In this document: piece by piece, positions 41,647 to 56,616 of the stretch
Position numbering within the stretch: position 1 is the first letter of the stretch
How the letters are laid out: every line of letters begins with the position of its first letter
Assembly: GCF_009914755.1 (NCBI RefSeq)
Contig: NC_060933.1
Length of the DNA stretch: 64,000 nucleotides
Reading direction: 5' to 3' (one strand)
From: the human T2T-CHM13v2.0 reference genome, Homo sapiens
Notes under the pieces: model-generated
Database searches by the model: none
Told to the model about the DNA's origin: nothing
The model's input: only the letters and a program-made list of their open reading frames with translations
Position numbers and translations under genes: made by a program

Positions 41647-41751
41647 GTAATGTACCTCTTTGTCTCTAGTACATTTTTGTTTTGCACTGAAATCTATCTT
41701 GCTTGATATTAACATAACCGCTTTTATGTTTTTTGTTTAAAGTATCCATGG

Positions 41752-42263
41752 TGTAATGATTATTTTTAGGTATCTATTTAACTGGGGTGACCATACATTT
41801 GGACAAGCTTATTCTAGGTGTTTCTGTAAGAGTACATCTAAATTAGATTAACAGTTGAATCAGTAGATCAAGTAAAGCAGACTGTCCTCCCTGAAGTAGT
41901 TGGGCCTTATTCAATCAGCTGGAAATTTTAAAAGAACACAAAGCTGACCCTCCCACAAGTAAGACAGAACTCCTCCTGCCTGACTGCTTCATTCTGGGAC
42001 TTCAGTTTTTTCCCTTCTTCAGACTCAAACTGAAACATCAGCTTTTTTTGGATCTCAAGCCTGCTGGTATTTGGACTGAAATTATCATCAGCTCTCTTAG
42101 GTCTCAGGCCTTCAGACTTGAGCTAGAATGACACCATTGGCTCTCCTGGGTCTTCAGCTCACCAACTGCAGATTTTGGAATGTGTCAGCCTCCATAATCA
42201 CTTGAGCCAATATACATACCTATGTTATTGGTTCTGTTTCTCTGGAGAACCCTGAATAATACA
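41752..42263 (+). mobile_element. MLT2-family LTR
   Basis: Ends ggttctgtttctctggagaaccctgaataataca; perfect TSD catgg. Confidence 0.92.
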
Positions 42264-42411
42264 CATGGCATATCTTTTTTTATTCCTTTATTCTTTTACT
42301 CAATATAACCATGTATTTTAAGTGAGTTATTTTGTAGACTATGTATTGTTGCATCTTTTTTTTATGCACTCAATCTCTGTCTTTTAATTGGTGTATTTAT
42401 CCCATCCACAC

Positions 42412-42748
42412 TGATATGGTTTGGATATTTGTCCCCATCCAAACCTCACGTCAAATTGTAATATCCAGTGTTAGTGGAGGGGCCTTCTGGGAGGTGATTA
42501 GATCATGGAGGTGGATTTCCCCCTTGCTGTTCTTATGATAGTGAGTGAATTCTCACAAGATCTGTCTGTTTAAAAGTATGTAGCACCCACCCTTCTATCT
42601 TTCTTTTTCTCTGGCATGTAAGACATGCCTTTTTCCTCTTTGCCTTCTGCCATGATTGTAGGAACCACCCGCCAATTAAACCTCTTTTCTTTATAAATTA
42701 CTCAGTCTCAGGTAGCTCTTTATAGCATTGTGAGAACAGACTAATACA
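42412..42748 (+). mobile_element. MSTA-like MaLR LTR
   Basis: tgatatggtttggat...gaacagactaataca; TSD cacac. Confidence 0.92.
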
Positions 42749-44234
42749 CACACACAAAGAGTAATTATTGATGGTTTTAGTTGGCCATTTTATTTGTTTT
42801 CTGTTGGTAGCCTCTATCTTTCTCTTTTCTTGCCTTTCTGTTGTTTATTTAAACATTTTAATTGATTCAATCTTCATTTATTTATAATGATTTTATGTAT
42901 ATCTCTTTGGAGAGTTCTTGTAGAGATTATTAATTATCACCCTATATTTATATCTATGTATATACACACCACACACAAAGACACACAGACACAGAGAGAG
43001 AGACAGGTATGAACATTTTAGACTTTGAGCGAGGCATAGAAAGCTTACTTCCATTTAAGTCCCTCTACTCTGTACAATGTTTAAATGTAATTATCTTAAG
43101 TATTTCATCTACGGTCACTGAGAATCACATTAGTTGACATTATAACTTTTACTTCAACCATAAAATATGATTTAAAAACTCACACACATTCTTGTATATT
43201 TATTTCTATTTTTATACATGCTAATTTTATTATTTTCTTTCTGAAGTTATATGATTTATTCTGTTATGATTTTTTTTCTAGCCATTCTTTACAGGTAGGT
43301 TGGCCAGCAACAACCTCTCTTAGTTTTTTTCATCTGACAATGTGTTTATTTTTATTTTATTCCTGAAGTAAGTATACTTTAACCAGATATAGAATTCACA
43401 GTTGACACTCCCTGTCCTTCAGGACTTGAAAAATGTGCCATTTTCTTCTGGCATCCAAATTTCAAATGAGTTTACTGACATTTGAATTGGCATACCCATA
43501 TAGGTAATATGTTACTTCTCTGATTACTTCTAAGATTTTCTTTTTGCCTTTAATTTTCAGCATCTTGATGATGTCTTTTTATGTGATTCTTTGGGTATAT
43601 CCATTGTGGTGTATTTGCCTCTTGAATCTACTACTTTATGTCTTCAAATTTGGGGAAATTATAGCCATTACTTTTTAGGATGAAGTTTTTCAATCTCATT
43701 CTTTTTTCTCTCCTTCTGGGTCTCTGATAATACAAAGGTTAGCTTTTTCATTATAGTACTTCAGGTACTTGATACTTTATAATTTTTTTCAGTTTTTTTT
43801 CTATTGTTTAAATTGGGCAAACTCTATTCATCTGTTCTCATGTTCACTGATTCTATCTTCTGTCATCTCTCCACCTTATATTAAAATTATTCAGTGAGCT
43901 TTTGTTTGGTTATTTTGTTTTGGTGATTGAATTTTTCAGTTCTATACTTTCCAACTGGATCTTCTCTTTAGTTTTTATTTCTTTGCTGAAATTTCCTACT
44001 TTTCAAATTGTTTCAGAAGTCATAATTGCTTATGAAATCATTTTTATAATGGTGGCTTTAAAATCATTTTCAGATAATTTCAGCTTCTAATTCATATCAG
44101 TGTTGTTTTTGTAAGGCTGTCTTTTCTTGATCATGTTCTGATTTTCCTAGTTCTTGGTATTATGAGTGTTTGTTGTATTATATATTTCACATTTTGGACA
44201 TTATATTAAGATACTCAGTATCCTATTTAATCAA

Positions 44235-44528
44235 TTTTTTTTTTTTCTTGAGACAGAGTCTCGCTCTGTCGCCCAGGCTGGAATGCAGTGGCGCAATCTT
44301 GGCTTACTGCAACCTCTGCCTCCCAGATTCAAGCAATTCTCTGCCTTAGCCTCCTGAGTAGCTGGGATTACAGGTGCCTGCCACCACGCCTGGCTAATTT
44401 TTGTATATTTAGTAGAGACAGGGTATCACCATCTTGGCCAGGCTGGTCTTGAACTCCTGACCTCATAATCCACCCACTTCGGCCTCCCAAAGTGCTGAGA
44501 TTACAGGTGTGAGCCACTGTGCCTGGCC
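44235..44528 (-). mobile_element. Alu (no TSD seen)
   Basis: Full reverse Alu. Confidence 0.97.
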
Positions 44529-44529
44529 G

Positions 44530-44883
44530 CAAACATGCAAAATTCTTTATTATGCATAAGATGCTAATCAGCTGCCCAAGACCATCCCGTTCCCACCTTT
44601 TTCTTTTTTAAATAATTTACATGACCTTGTGGAAATAGAGTGGCCCAAGTGCATTAATACTGAACTCTCCTGGGGAAAATTTACGAAGACCATGTGTCTA
44701 TAGATGAAAGAGATGTTGTAACAGACAGATAGACAAGCCTCCTTCAACGCCTGTGGGGGCAAGGCTATCTAGTGCCCTTATGCTACAGTGCTGAATGCAG
44801 TGAAAGCAGCCTGAACTCATATTAGCCCAGGCATGTTTACAGAAACTCAGCTTTTCCTGGCACACCACCAAAATGCAATTAAG
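44530..44883 (+). pseudogene. Exon remnant 12 (5' end lost at an Alu)
   Basis: Single frame NQLPKTIPFPPFSFLNNLHDLVEIEWPKCINTELSWGKFTKTMCL*MKEML*QTDRQ...FLAHHQNAIK; degenerate donor AAG|ttaagc. Confidence 0.5.
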
Positions 44884-45140
44884 TTAAGCAATAGAATAAT
44901 TTTCATATTCCCAATAAGATGTCATGATATCCACTTTATTGCTATCCTATTTATGCTTTTCTACTCAAAATTTATCATACCATTTTAGAACATGATATTA
45001 TTTTTATAGTTTACATGATCATCATATTATTGCTGGAAATTACATTTCATGATGCTATCTAGTTTATTAATATTCTCTGTGGGTCATTATCCGCAGACTG
45101 TTTGCATTGTTTCTACATTCCCAATTATTTTCCTTTCAAG

Positions 45141-45219
45141 TATCTAGAAAAACATCCGTATAGATAAAAGAATGAAGAATGTGGGGACAAATATTGTGTT
45201 AAAGTGGTAACATTTGAGG
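45141..45219 (+). pseudogene. Exon remnant 13
   Basis: Acceptor ttattttcctttcaag; YLEKHPYR*KNEECGDKYCVKVVTFE; donor AGG|gtaatc (phase 1). May instead extend to gtaagc at 45354. Confidence 0.4.
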
Positions 45220-45465
45220 GTAATCTTTCTAATTAAAAAAACCATATTTTTCTTTTTTTTAAAAAAAGAAAATAAAGAGAGGTGTACTACACTTGCATTA
45301 CATGAGAAAGTGCAAAAAACATATTGATTCAAAAACAAAGAAATGTTCTGTCAGTAAGCTTCCTAATCATGTGTTGTTTGTTGTTCCCGAAAGCATTGCT
45401 AATTGGAAAAGGCATTTCCACACACTGTTATCAAAGCAAGAACAATTTTCCTTTTAAGAATTTGT

Positions 45466-45639
45466 AGCCAGGCGCGGTGGCTCACGCCTGTAATCCCAGC
45501 ACTTTGGGAGGCCAAGGCGGGCAGATCACGAGGTCAGAAGATCGAGACCATCCTGGCTAACACAGTGAAACCCCATCTCTACTAAAAATACAAAAAACTA
45601 GCCAGGCGTGGTGGCGGGCGCCTGTAGTCCCAGCTACTC
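45466..45639 (+). mobile_element. AluY-type, 3'-truncated
   Basis: atcgagaccatcctggctaacac; ends at cagctactc with no tail. Confidence 0.95.
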
Positions 45640-45999
45640 TGTTCTCTATTTGTAAAGTGTTGTCACCAATACCCACACTGGTCTACTTACAATTGTTTTC
45701 AGTACATTTTGCTATCTAAAAAAGCAAATATACTTGCCTTCTTGATTACTTTTATAAAATTGTTTTAAATAAAAGTGTGTACATTTCCTTACTTTGTTAA
45801 TTTTCTGAAAAGTTTTCTAAGATCCATGAATAAAATCTGTTGGGACTTTTACTGGAATTATACTTAATTGACTTAGTAAGACAATTTGAGGAGAACTGTC
45901 ACCTCCCAAAACAAGGGTATGCTTATGCCTCTAGATTTATTTAAATCATATTTTCTGTCTTTCCGTGTAATTTCATAATTTGCTCCCTACAATTTTTAA

Positions 46000-46281
<282 letters not shown>

Positions 46282-47417
46282 TAATTATCCTATTGATTAA
46301 CACTTTTTCGTTTTTTGGTGGTTATTCTCATAGAATGTTGCATTATCTATGAATAATGATAGTGCTATTGTCTCTTTCGCGCAATATTTACTCTTCTGCT
46401 GGCATTTCTTGTCTTACTGTCATGGTTACCTTCTTCAGTGGGGTGTATGTTGACCATTAGCTGGGATAGAGACCATACCTCACTTGTTCATTTTGATTTT
46501 CTAATAGAGTATTTTAAATGATTTATGATTAATACTTCATTTGCTAGAGGTGTTTGGTACAAGCATTTCTGAGGTTTAGAAAAGTTTTCACCCATATGTG
46601 TTTTCCTTCACACTAATTATTTTCATAATTACTTATTTTTTGTCTCCAAAATTGAGATTTTTTTAGACAGAGCTCTTTTCCCAGATTTACATGTGTGCAT
46701 ATGTTCAGAGATAACCTGCTGAATGCCTCAGAAGCACTTTAAACACAAAAACCCAGGCTTAATATCTTCCTTCTAAATATGTCTGCCTGTTACTTTCTCT
46801 GCTCACAGTAGTGGAATTACCATATCCCTGTCACACATGCCAAATTCCAGGCATTAACTTTAAATTTTCATTCACTGAGAAAGAAATGAAGGCATTAGAC
46901 TGTTGACAGAAATTTGGTAAGCACATTTATAAACAGGTAACATTGAAGCAAACCTCTATGTGTGTGTGCATGCATGTGTGTGTATGCACATGCTTACTTG
47001 TGCATATGTATGTATGTAGAGGTATATATAGAAAGAACACATATCAAATTTATGATATTGACCTTTTTTCTGAAGAGGGAAATTGAGGTGGAGACAAAAA
47101 CAAAGGCATCTTAAAGTATACATAAGCTAATATCCCTTTTTAAAAATGAAGATCTAAAACAAATTATTCTGGGTGGAGGTATAAGGATGATTATTATAAT
47201 ATTGTCTGTATTTTATATTAAGATATTTCTAAAGAAAAATTCCAAATCAAAGACCACAGTGGATTTTGACTAAAATATGAGAGTATTAAAAGAATGTAGG
47301 CAGGTGAATATGAAATAGGAATGTGAGCCAGGGGCTGACATCATTGAAATGCAAATATGTGTGTGGCACAGCTTCAACTGTTACAAGGTTCTTAATAACT
47401 CTGCTTATCTCTTCTAG

Positions 47418-47585
47418 AATTCTTAGCCTGATATTTCTTAAAAATAACTGCCAGCTTCAGGTTCCCACAAAGTATGCAGATTCTGGCTAAATTATTCACT
47501 CCCACTGTTTACAGAATGTACCTGTCACTCTTCACCTACACTCATGTGTGGATTTGCATTGTCTAAGAGGATAGCTTCTCATTTA
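47418..47585 (+). pseudogene. Exon remnant 14
   Basis: Acceptor ctgcttatctcttctag, donor TTA|gtaagt, 168 nt (3n). Phase-1 read FLA*YFLKITASFRFPQSMQILAKLFTPTVYRMYLSLFTYTHVWICIV*EDSFSF. Confidence 0.6.
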
Positions 47586-47646
47586 GTAAGTGCTTATTAA
47601 GCCAAGCATAAATTACAATAATTTCTTAATTATATTTAGTACTCAG

Positions 47647-47703
47647 GTATAAAAGAGCCTTTTGTTGAAGAATTTTAGAGATCAAGGGGATAAAGACAAC
47701 TAA
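47647..47703 (+). pseudogene. Exon remnant 15 (small)
   Basis: ctcag acceptor, gtaaat donor, 57 nt (3n), IKEPFVEEF*RSRG*RQL. The flanking introns are short (61 and 70 nt). Confidence 0.35.
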
Positions 47704-47773
47704 GTAAATCAACTGTAGCTACAAGCAAATAAATGTCAAACTATTGATTTTTCTCTCTCTCTCTTCTTTGCAG

Positions 47774-47805
47774 TTTTAAAATGCTTATTTACAGAACAAG
47801 ACTTA
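47774..47805 (+). pseudogene. 5' part of putative terminal exon, cut by L1
   Basis: Very strong acceptor ttttctctctctctcttctttgcag; LKCLFTEQDLE, followed immediately by an L1 5' end. Confidence 0.45.
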
Positions 47806-50150
47806 GAATGACAGCATGAGGAACTGCATGAACGCTCTTCCAATCAAATCAACTATCACCAATGAAAACATGTTTTTTAACTATTTCGAATCTCTGGAAA
47901 TTGTTCTCAGATCAACACCAAGTGAAAATACACATTTATTCAATAAAATCTACCAAATCTTAAGTAGAAACAGCAGATTCCTGTGGTTCCTGAGACTTGC
48001 CCACCTCTTGCCTCATTCATCTTCCAACTTAGCATAATGGAAATTCCACCACAAGTCGGCGTGGCCAAGGAGATGGGGCTCCCTCTCCTGCAGGCTCCAA
48101 GTTGAGGGCTGCGGTATCCTCCTTGGACAGGGAGTCTGACAGCATCACTCATCCCCCGCCAGCTCTGTGCTGTAGAGGCTAAATTTCAAGCAAGCATGAC
48201 TGAGAGGGCTGGGTCTTCCCTCTTACTCCTAGACCAGAGTGTGAAGGTTCTGCCAAGAGCATGACAGGCCAAGAATATTAGGGCCCTGATCATCCTTGGC
48301 ACATTTCAGTCACAGAGCAAACATTTCTTGCTGGTAGAGTTAATCCAAGAGGACCAGAGGCTGTCACCACAGTCCAGCACACAACTCAAAGCAGTGGCCA
48401 CTCTGAGAAAAGTGGCTCAATCCCTGAGCAGGGGCTCCGAAACTTAGCCCAAGTGGAGAGGCAGGTCACAGAACAGAGTTCCAAAGCTTTCCACAAAGAG
48501 ACTAACATTATTTAGAAAAGAATATGGAGAAATTCATGCCTAAGTGTTCTCTTAAAACCAAAGGTGATTTTGTTGTCAAGCAATGAAGAGGAGGCTGTTC
48601 TCTCCAGGAGAGCAATGGGCTAAACTATAAGCTCGTTAATTTACTAGGGAGAACCAGAGAATGACACAGCTTTCCTTACTGTCCTTTGAGAACAAACCTC
48701 AAAGACTGGTCTCAAAAACTATCCCTAAAAAGAGACAATATTTAATTGACTCAGGCTATAGAGAAAATTATGTTCCAGGGAATTGTCAAAAAAAAAAAGA
48801 GTAATCACTTGATAATTAGTAAACCTGGGCTCAAAACCAGTAGAGGCAGACAGCTTGACAGAGGGACAAAGGAAAGCGCTATTCAGAAAGAGCCCACATC
48901 CATAGACTGTCATCCTAGGGCAGCTGCGTTCATGTCCACGGTTGTGTATGCTCTTGGAGAAGTGACATCAGATTCTCCACATAATGAGATCAGTAGACAT
49001 CACTAAAATAATTCCACCAAGTTGCTAAACAATACACAAGCAGAAGCCATCAAGAGCAAGTCCTAGAAGATGTGGTATGATAAATATCCAAAGTTGCTAC
49101 AGTGAATTACCTAAAATTCCCAGTTTTCAACAAAAAATATGAAATTTTTTACTCATACAGGAAGAAGAAGCAGGAAACAGAAACTTCCCATGAGAGGGCC
49201 AAATGACAGACTTACTATAAGATTTCAAAGCAGTCATTATAAATATAATTTAAAAATTAAAGGAAATTATTCTCAAAGGAGTAAACAAAAGTATAATGAT
49301 AATGTCTCATCAAATAGAAGATAATACAATGATAGAAAATATAAAAAATAACAAAATAGAAATTTAAAAATAGAAAAATGTAACTGAAATTTTAAAAAAT
49401 CACTACAGTGGCTCAAAAGCAGGGTTTAGCTGGCAGAAGTAAAAATCAATAAACTTGATAATAGATAGATAAAGACTATAAAATCCAAAGAACAGAGAAT
49501 AAAAAGAATGAAAGAAAAGAACTAAAGCCTCAGAAAAATGTGGGATACCCTTAAGCAGATGACCGTTTAATGAGATTACCTGAAAGGAAGGAAAGAGAAA
49601 AAGGAGCAGAAAAAATATTTTAAAAAAATAGCTAACATTTTCTGAAATTTGATGTACAACATGAATCTACACATTCAAGAAGCTCAACAAACTCCAAGTA
49701 AGAGAAATGTAATGATTTCACACTCAAACTTTTTTTTTAAAGAAAAATATTTAAAGCAGAAAAAGATAAGGAACTCATCACGTACAAAGTCTTTTTAATC
49801 GAGACTCTTACATGAAAATGAGAGTAAGTTTCCAAAATCGCTGTGAAATAAAAACATTCTCAGATAAACAAAACTTAGGGAATATGTAACTATATGACCT
49901 GCCTTACAAGAAATCCTAAAGGAAATCCTGCAATCTGAAAGCAAGTGACTCCAGGTAGTAACATAAATTCACACATGTGCTCACACATGCATACACACAC
50001 ACACACAGGGCACCAATAAATGTAATAATGAAAAGCAGTTTAAGTGCATATTTCTGTTCCTCCATTCTCTTAACTTATTTATAAAGCAGTTGTATAAAAC
50101 AATATGTTTATAATTTCATCGTTAGGTCTACAATATAGAGAAATGTAATA

Positions 50151-52523
50151 CAGGCATACTTAATTTTGTTGAGTTTCACTTTGTTGCACTTTGCAGATAT
50201 CTTGGTATTTACACATTGAAGTTTAGTGGCAAGCCGGAGTTGAACAAATCTATCATTGCTATTTTTCCAACAGGATGTGCTCGCTTTGTGTTTCTGTGTC
50301 ACCTTTTGGTAATTCTTGCAAACTTTCAAACTTTTTTCATTATTATTATATCTGTTATGGTGATCTGTGGTCAGTCACCTTTGATGTTGCTATTGTAATC
50401 GCTTTGGAGTGCCACAAATTGCCCCCATATAAGATGGTAAACTTAATCAGTAAATGTTGTATATGTTCTGACTGCTCTACCAACCAGCCGTTCCCATCTC
50501 CCTTCTCCTCGGGTCTCCCTATTCCCTGAGACACGATAATATTGAAATTAGTCCAATTAATAACACTACAATGGCCTCTAAGTGTTCATATGAAAGGAAG
50601 AGTCACACATATCTCACTTTAATAAGAAAATAAGTAGGCTTAGTGAAGAAGGCCCATTTAAAGTCAACATAGGCTGAAGGTTATGTTTCTTGTGCCAGTT
50701 AGCCAAGTTCTGAATGCAAACAGAAAGTTCTTGAAGAATATGAAAAGTGCTACTCTAGTGAGCACATGAATGATGAGAAAGCAAAGCAGCCTCATTGCTG
50801 ATATGGACAAAGTTTTGGGGGTCTGCATAGAAGATCAAACCAGGCACAACATTCCCCTAAGCCAAAGTCTCACACAGAGACCTAACTCTCTTCAATTCTA
50901 TGGAGGCCAAGAGAGTTGAGGAAGCATCATGAGAAAAGTTTAAATCTAGCAGAGGTTAGTTCATGAGGTTTAATATAAAAGAAGCTGCCTCTATAACATA
51001 AAAGCACAAGGTGAAGCCACAAGCACTGCTGGAGAAGCGGCAGGAAGTTATCCAGAGTATCTAGCTAAGATAATTGATGAAGGTGGCTACACTAAATGAT
51101 AGGTTTTTCATGTAGGCAAAACAGCCTTATATATGCTATTGTCATCTCGGACTTTCATAGCTAGAGAGAAGTAAATGACTGGCTACAAAGGTTCACAGGC
51201 TGACTCTCTTGATGGGGGCTAATATAGCTGGTAACTTTAAGTTGAAACCAATTCTTATTTATCTCTTGAAAATCCTAGGATCTTTAAAATTTATGGTAAA
51301 TCTATTCTGTCTGTGCTCTATAAATAAAAAGATAAAGCCTAGATGGCAAAACATCTATTTATAATATGGTTTCTTGAATATTTTAAGCCTTGTATTGAAA
51401 CCTATTGCTCAGAAAAAAAGATATTTTTTCAAAATATTCCTGCTCATTGAAAATGCACCTAGTCTCACCTAAGAGCTCTGATGGAGATGTACAAAGAGAT
51501 TAATGTTTTCATGCCTTATAACACATCCATTCTGCAGCCCATGGATCAAGAACTGATTCTGACTTTCAAGTCTTATTATTTAAGAAACACATATTGTCAG
51601 ATTATAGTTGCCATAGATAGTGATTCTTCTGATGGATCTGGGCAAAGTGAATTGGAAATCTTCTGGAATGGATTCATCATTTTAGATGCCATTAAGAACA
51701 TTCATGATTCATGGAAGGAGGTAAAAATATCAGTATTAATAGGAGTTTGAAAGAAGTTGATTCCAACCCTCATGGATAATTTGGAGAAGTTAAAGACTTC
51801 AGCAGAAGTGACTGCAGATGTGGTAGTAATAGCAAGAGAACTTGAATTAGAAGTGTAGGCTGAAGATGTGACTGAATTGCTGAGTCTCATGATGAAACCT
51901 GAACACTTGAGTTGCTTCTCAGGGATGAGCATGGAAAATGGTTTCCTGAGATGGAGTCTACTCCTGGTAAAGATGCTGTGAACATTGTTGAAGTGACAAT
52001 AATGGGATTAGGATGTTACATAAAGCTAATTGATAAAGCAGTGGCAGGGTTTGAGAGGACGGACCTCAATTTCAAAGAAGTTCTACTATAAGTAAAATAC
52101 TATCAAACAGCATTGCATAATACAGAGAAATCTTTTGTGAAAGGGAGAGTCAATTGATGGGATAAATTTCATTGTTGTCTTATTTTAAGAAGCTTCCACA
52201 GCCACCTCACCCTTCAGCAATCACCACCCTGATCAATCAGCAGCCATCAACATCAAGGCAAGATCCTCCACCTGCAGAAAGATTAAGACTCACTAAAGGC
52301 TTAGATGATCACTAGCATTTTTTAGCAGTAGAGTATTTTAAAATTAAGGTACATACTTTTTTCATCATAATGCTATTGCACACTTAATAGACTACAGTGT
52401 AGTTTAAACGTAACTTTTATATGCACTGGGAGATAAAATAAAAAGTGTGTTACTTGCCTTATGGCAATATTGCTTTATTGCAGTGGTCTGAAACCAAACC
52501 TACAATATCTCTGGGTATGTATG
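50151..52523 (+). mobile_element. Full-length Tigger1 DNA transposon (decayed transposase)
   Basis: TIR caggcatac after TA; transposase start atggcctctaagtgttca at 50571; DDE-region peptide [24 protein letters not shown]; about 2.4 kb. Confidence 0.95.
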
Positions 52524-53123
52524 TGTACCTTACAGTCTCAGTACAGAGGACATTAGTGGCACTAAAGTTGAACTGGGGTAAGGAAGTGACAGCAAATAGT
52601 TACTAGAATCCAAAGGAACAAATGAAGAGAACCAGAAATGGAAAGTAAGAAAATCAATACATCAAACTATCTAAGTATGTATTACTTATCTTCCTTCTCA
52701 TAGTTTTATTTAAAAGACATAAAATTGTAAAAGTAAAAAAATAATAATTAGAAGAATGTATTTTGGGGTTTGCAAAATATATAAACGTAATATGTCTAAT
52801 GACAACACAAAGGATGGTTAAGAGACACGAAAACTACAGAAGAGTAATATATCTATATTTCACTGGAATCAAGTTAGTATAAATCTAAAATACATTCTGA
52901 TTATTTAAGAAGGATATGGTATGTCCTAGAGCTATCAATAAGATAATAACAAAAACATAGTGAAAAAATTGTTAAAGATATTAAAATATTACACTAGAAA
53001 ATATTCACTTTATGCAAAAAAAAAAGCCTGGAAAGGAGGAATAGTGGAGCAAATATACAAATATAGAAAACAAAAAGTAAAATGGCAGGTGTAAATTCAA
53101 GCATATAAAGAACATTAAATTTA

Positions 53124-53510
<387 letters not shown>

Positions 53511-54145
53511 TGTAAAAGAATGGAAGTAATATGTCGTGCCAAAGCATCCATAAGATAAGAAAGCTGCAATGGTGGTACTAACATCAGACAAAACAGACTT
53601 TAAAACAGACCAAAACTGTGTTTAGAAATGAAAAGGAACACACAGTAATAATAAAAGAATGAATCAATCAAGAAGAAATGAATTATAGACATATACGTAC
53701 CCTAATAACAGAGCTCCAAAATACATGAAAAAATCTGACAGAAATGAAGGGAAAATAGACAATTCAATAATAATCATTGCAGACTTCAATATCCCAATTT
53801 CAGCAATGAACAGGACAACTAAGAAAGTATCAAAAAGGGTACAGAGTAATTGAATTGCACCATGAAGCAAGTAGACCTAAGAGATATCTGTGAAACACAT
53901 CACCCACCAACAGCACAATATACATTCTTCTCAATAGCATATGGAACATTCTCCAGGACAAACCATATAATAGGCTACAAATCAAGCCTCAACATATGAA
54001 AAAGAATTAAAATAATGAAAAGTGTACTGATGAAAATGGAATTAAATAAATCAATAACAAAAGTAAATTTGAGCAATCCAAACATATGTGTTAAATGAGA
54101 TACTGCTAAACAAAGAATCAGAAAACAAATCACAATGGAAATTTG

Positions 54146-54401
54146 TATATATATATATATATATATATATCTTTTTTTTTCTTTTTTTTTTTTTTTTGAG
54201 ACAGAGACTCGCTCTGTCACCCAGGCTGGAGTGCAGTGGCATGATCTCGGCTCACCACAACCTCCCCCTGCCCGGGTTCAAGTGATTCCTCTGCCTCAGC
54301 CTCCCAAATAGCTGGGACTTCAGGCACCTGCCACCATGCCGGCTAATTTTTGTATTTTTAGTAGAAACGAGGTTTCACCATGTTGGCCAGGCTGGTCTTG
54401 A
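54146..54401 (-). mobile_element. Alu, 5'-truncated, with adjacent (TA)n
   Basis: Reverse Alu; (TA)n at 54146-54170. Confidence 0.95.
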
Positions 54402-54728
54402 TGAAAATACTTTAAAATAAATTAAATGAAGACAACATATGAAAATACATCAGATACAGCTAAAGCAGAATTTGGAGGAAATTTTACAGCTGTAAATGCC
54501 TCTGCTAAAGAAAAATAAAGATCTCAAATGAATAACATAATTTTCCTGCAAAGTCACTGGATAAACAAGAGTAAACTAAATCTAAAGCAAACAAAATGAA
54601 GACAATAATAAAGATTAGAGTGGAAAGTAATAAAATTGAAATGAGGAAATAGTAGAAAAAACCAATGACAAGTTCAACACATTTGGCAAACCTTTAGCAA
54701 TAATGATCAAGGGAAAAAGAAAAAAGAC

Positions 54729-55096
<368 letters not shown>

Positions 55097-56047
55097 TTAT
55101 GGAAGTAAAAGAATTATAAGAAAATACTATGAAAAATCAATGACAACAAATTAGATAACACAGATGCCTTACACAAATTCCTAGAAACAAACAAACTACC
55201 AAAACCAACTCAGTAAGAACCATAACATGTAAAGAGATTGAATTTGTAATTTTTAAACTTCCTACAAAGAAAAGCCCAGTCTAAGACGAATTTACTGATG
55301 AATTCTACCAAGCACTTAAAAAATGATTAGTACCAATTTTTTTTTTTTTTTTTACAAAATCTTCTAAAACATAAGAGGTGGAAACACTTTCTAACTCATT
55401 GTTTGAGACCAGTATTATTTAGATAGAAAATCAAATGGAGACCTCACAAGAGAACAAAACTATAGCCTAATGTATTTTACGAATACAGACAAAAATTCTC
55501 CAGAAATAATTTTAAATGGAATCCAACAACATACACCGTGGCCACATGGAATTAATCCTAGGAATGTCAGACGAATTTAACATTCAGAAATCAATTAACT
55601 GAATAAAGAACAAAAACTACATGATCATCCCAACAGACAAAGAAACAGCACTTTAAAACATCCAACACCTTTTCTTGATAAGACTTTACCCAACAAATTA
55701 AGAATTCAAGGGAACTTTTTCCACCTTAAAAAGGGCATCAATGAAAAACTCACAACTAACATTATATTTAATGGTGAAAGATGGAAGGATTTCCTACTAA
55801 GGTTAAAAACAAGGCAGTGCTGTCCACTCTTGGCACTTCTATGCAATACTGCCCTGATACACACATTTCACACCAACACTAACAAAATCCCAGCTGGAGT
55901 CTTTGCAGAAATTGACAAGATCTATCCTCAAATTTATATGGAAATCCAAGGGATCTGGAATAGCCAATACAATCTTGAAAAAAGAACAAATGTGGAAAAC
56001 TCATACTTCCAAATTTCAAAACCTGTTACAAAGCAACAGAAATCAAA

Positions 56048-56241
56048 GTGCTTACCTGCATAACACCAGTGGATTTTTTCAGAACAAAGACCTGTCAGTG
56101 TTCTTCCTCAGGTGTTATCCATGCAACGATTTTTCAACTAAAGACTTGCAAATGGACATATCATATGGTGAAATTACACTGTGTGTTTATTCACATAAGC
56201 ATCTTCTCTCAGTGCTGAATATAAGCACATATTTAGAATAA
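56048..56241 (+). pseudogene. 3' part of putative terminal exon
   Basis: Open non-L1 frame directly after the L1 ends: SAYLHNTSGFFQNKDLSVFFLRCYPCNDFSTKDLQMDISYGEITLCVYSHKHLLSVLNISTYLE*; the stop codon lies within AATAAA. Confidence 0.45.
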
Positions 56242-56349
56242 AATTTTTAAAAATTCTTGCTTCAAATTGTACCAGTTTCAACTCACAATTCTTAAATACA
56301 TAGAGAACTAAACTTTGCCTTGCCAGTTGCCTTTTTAATTATCTACAAT

Positions 56350-56592
56350 GGTTTCCAAATGAGAGTCTACAGGCCAAAATTGGCCTACAGCCTGTTCTTG
56401 TACAGCCATTGAGCAAAGAATGTTTTTACAAGTTTAAAGGGTAAAGAAGTAGAAGAAAACAGAGAAGAAGAAAAAAAAAGAGAAGGAGAAAAAGCAGAAA
56501 TATAATAATTATAAGCAGCCACGAACATATATGCCCTCAAATCCTAAAATGCTTATTTTCGCGCTTTACACAAAACACTTGTCAACTCCTGA
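56350..56592. mobile_element. MER58-like hAT-Charlie element
   Basis: ctacaggccaaaattggcctacagcctgtt...tttacacaaaacacttgtcaactcctg. Confidence 0.65.
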
Positions 56593-56616
56593 TGTACACT
56601 TGGAGCTATAATCGCT

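Larger units (their letters stand above)
38330..44232 (-). mobile_element. Degraded L1M carrying nested insertions
   Basis: Reverse ORF2 peptide MEQFLKRYKLPQLTKYE...PGDFTEEFYQT; reverse 3'UTR and ORF1 motifs. Confidence 0.85.

Noticed and set aside
51481-51750. DDE transposase ORF resembling TIGD1
   Set aside because: Short surviving piece of a frameshifted Tigger1 copy with TIRs; not a domesticated gene.
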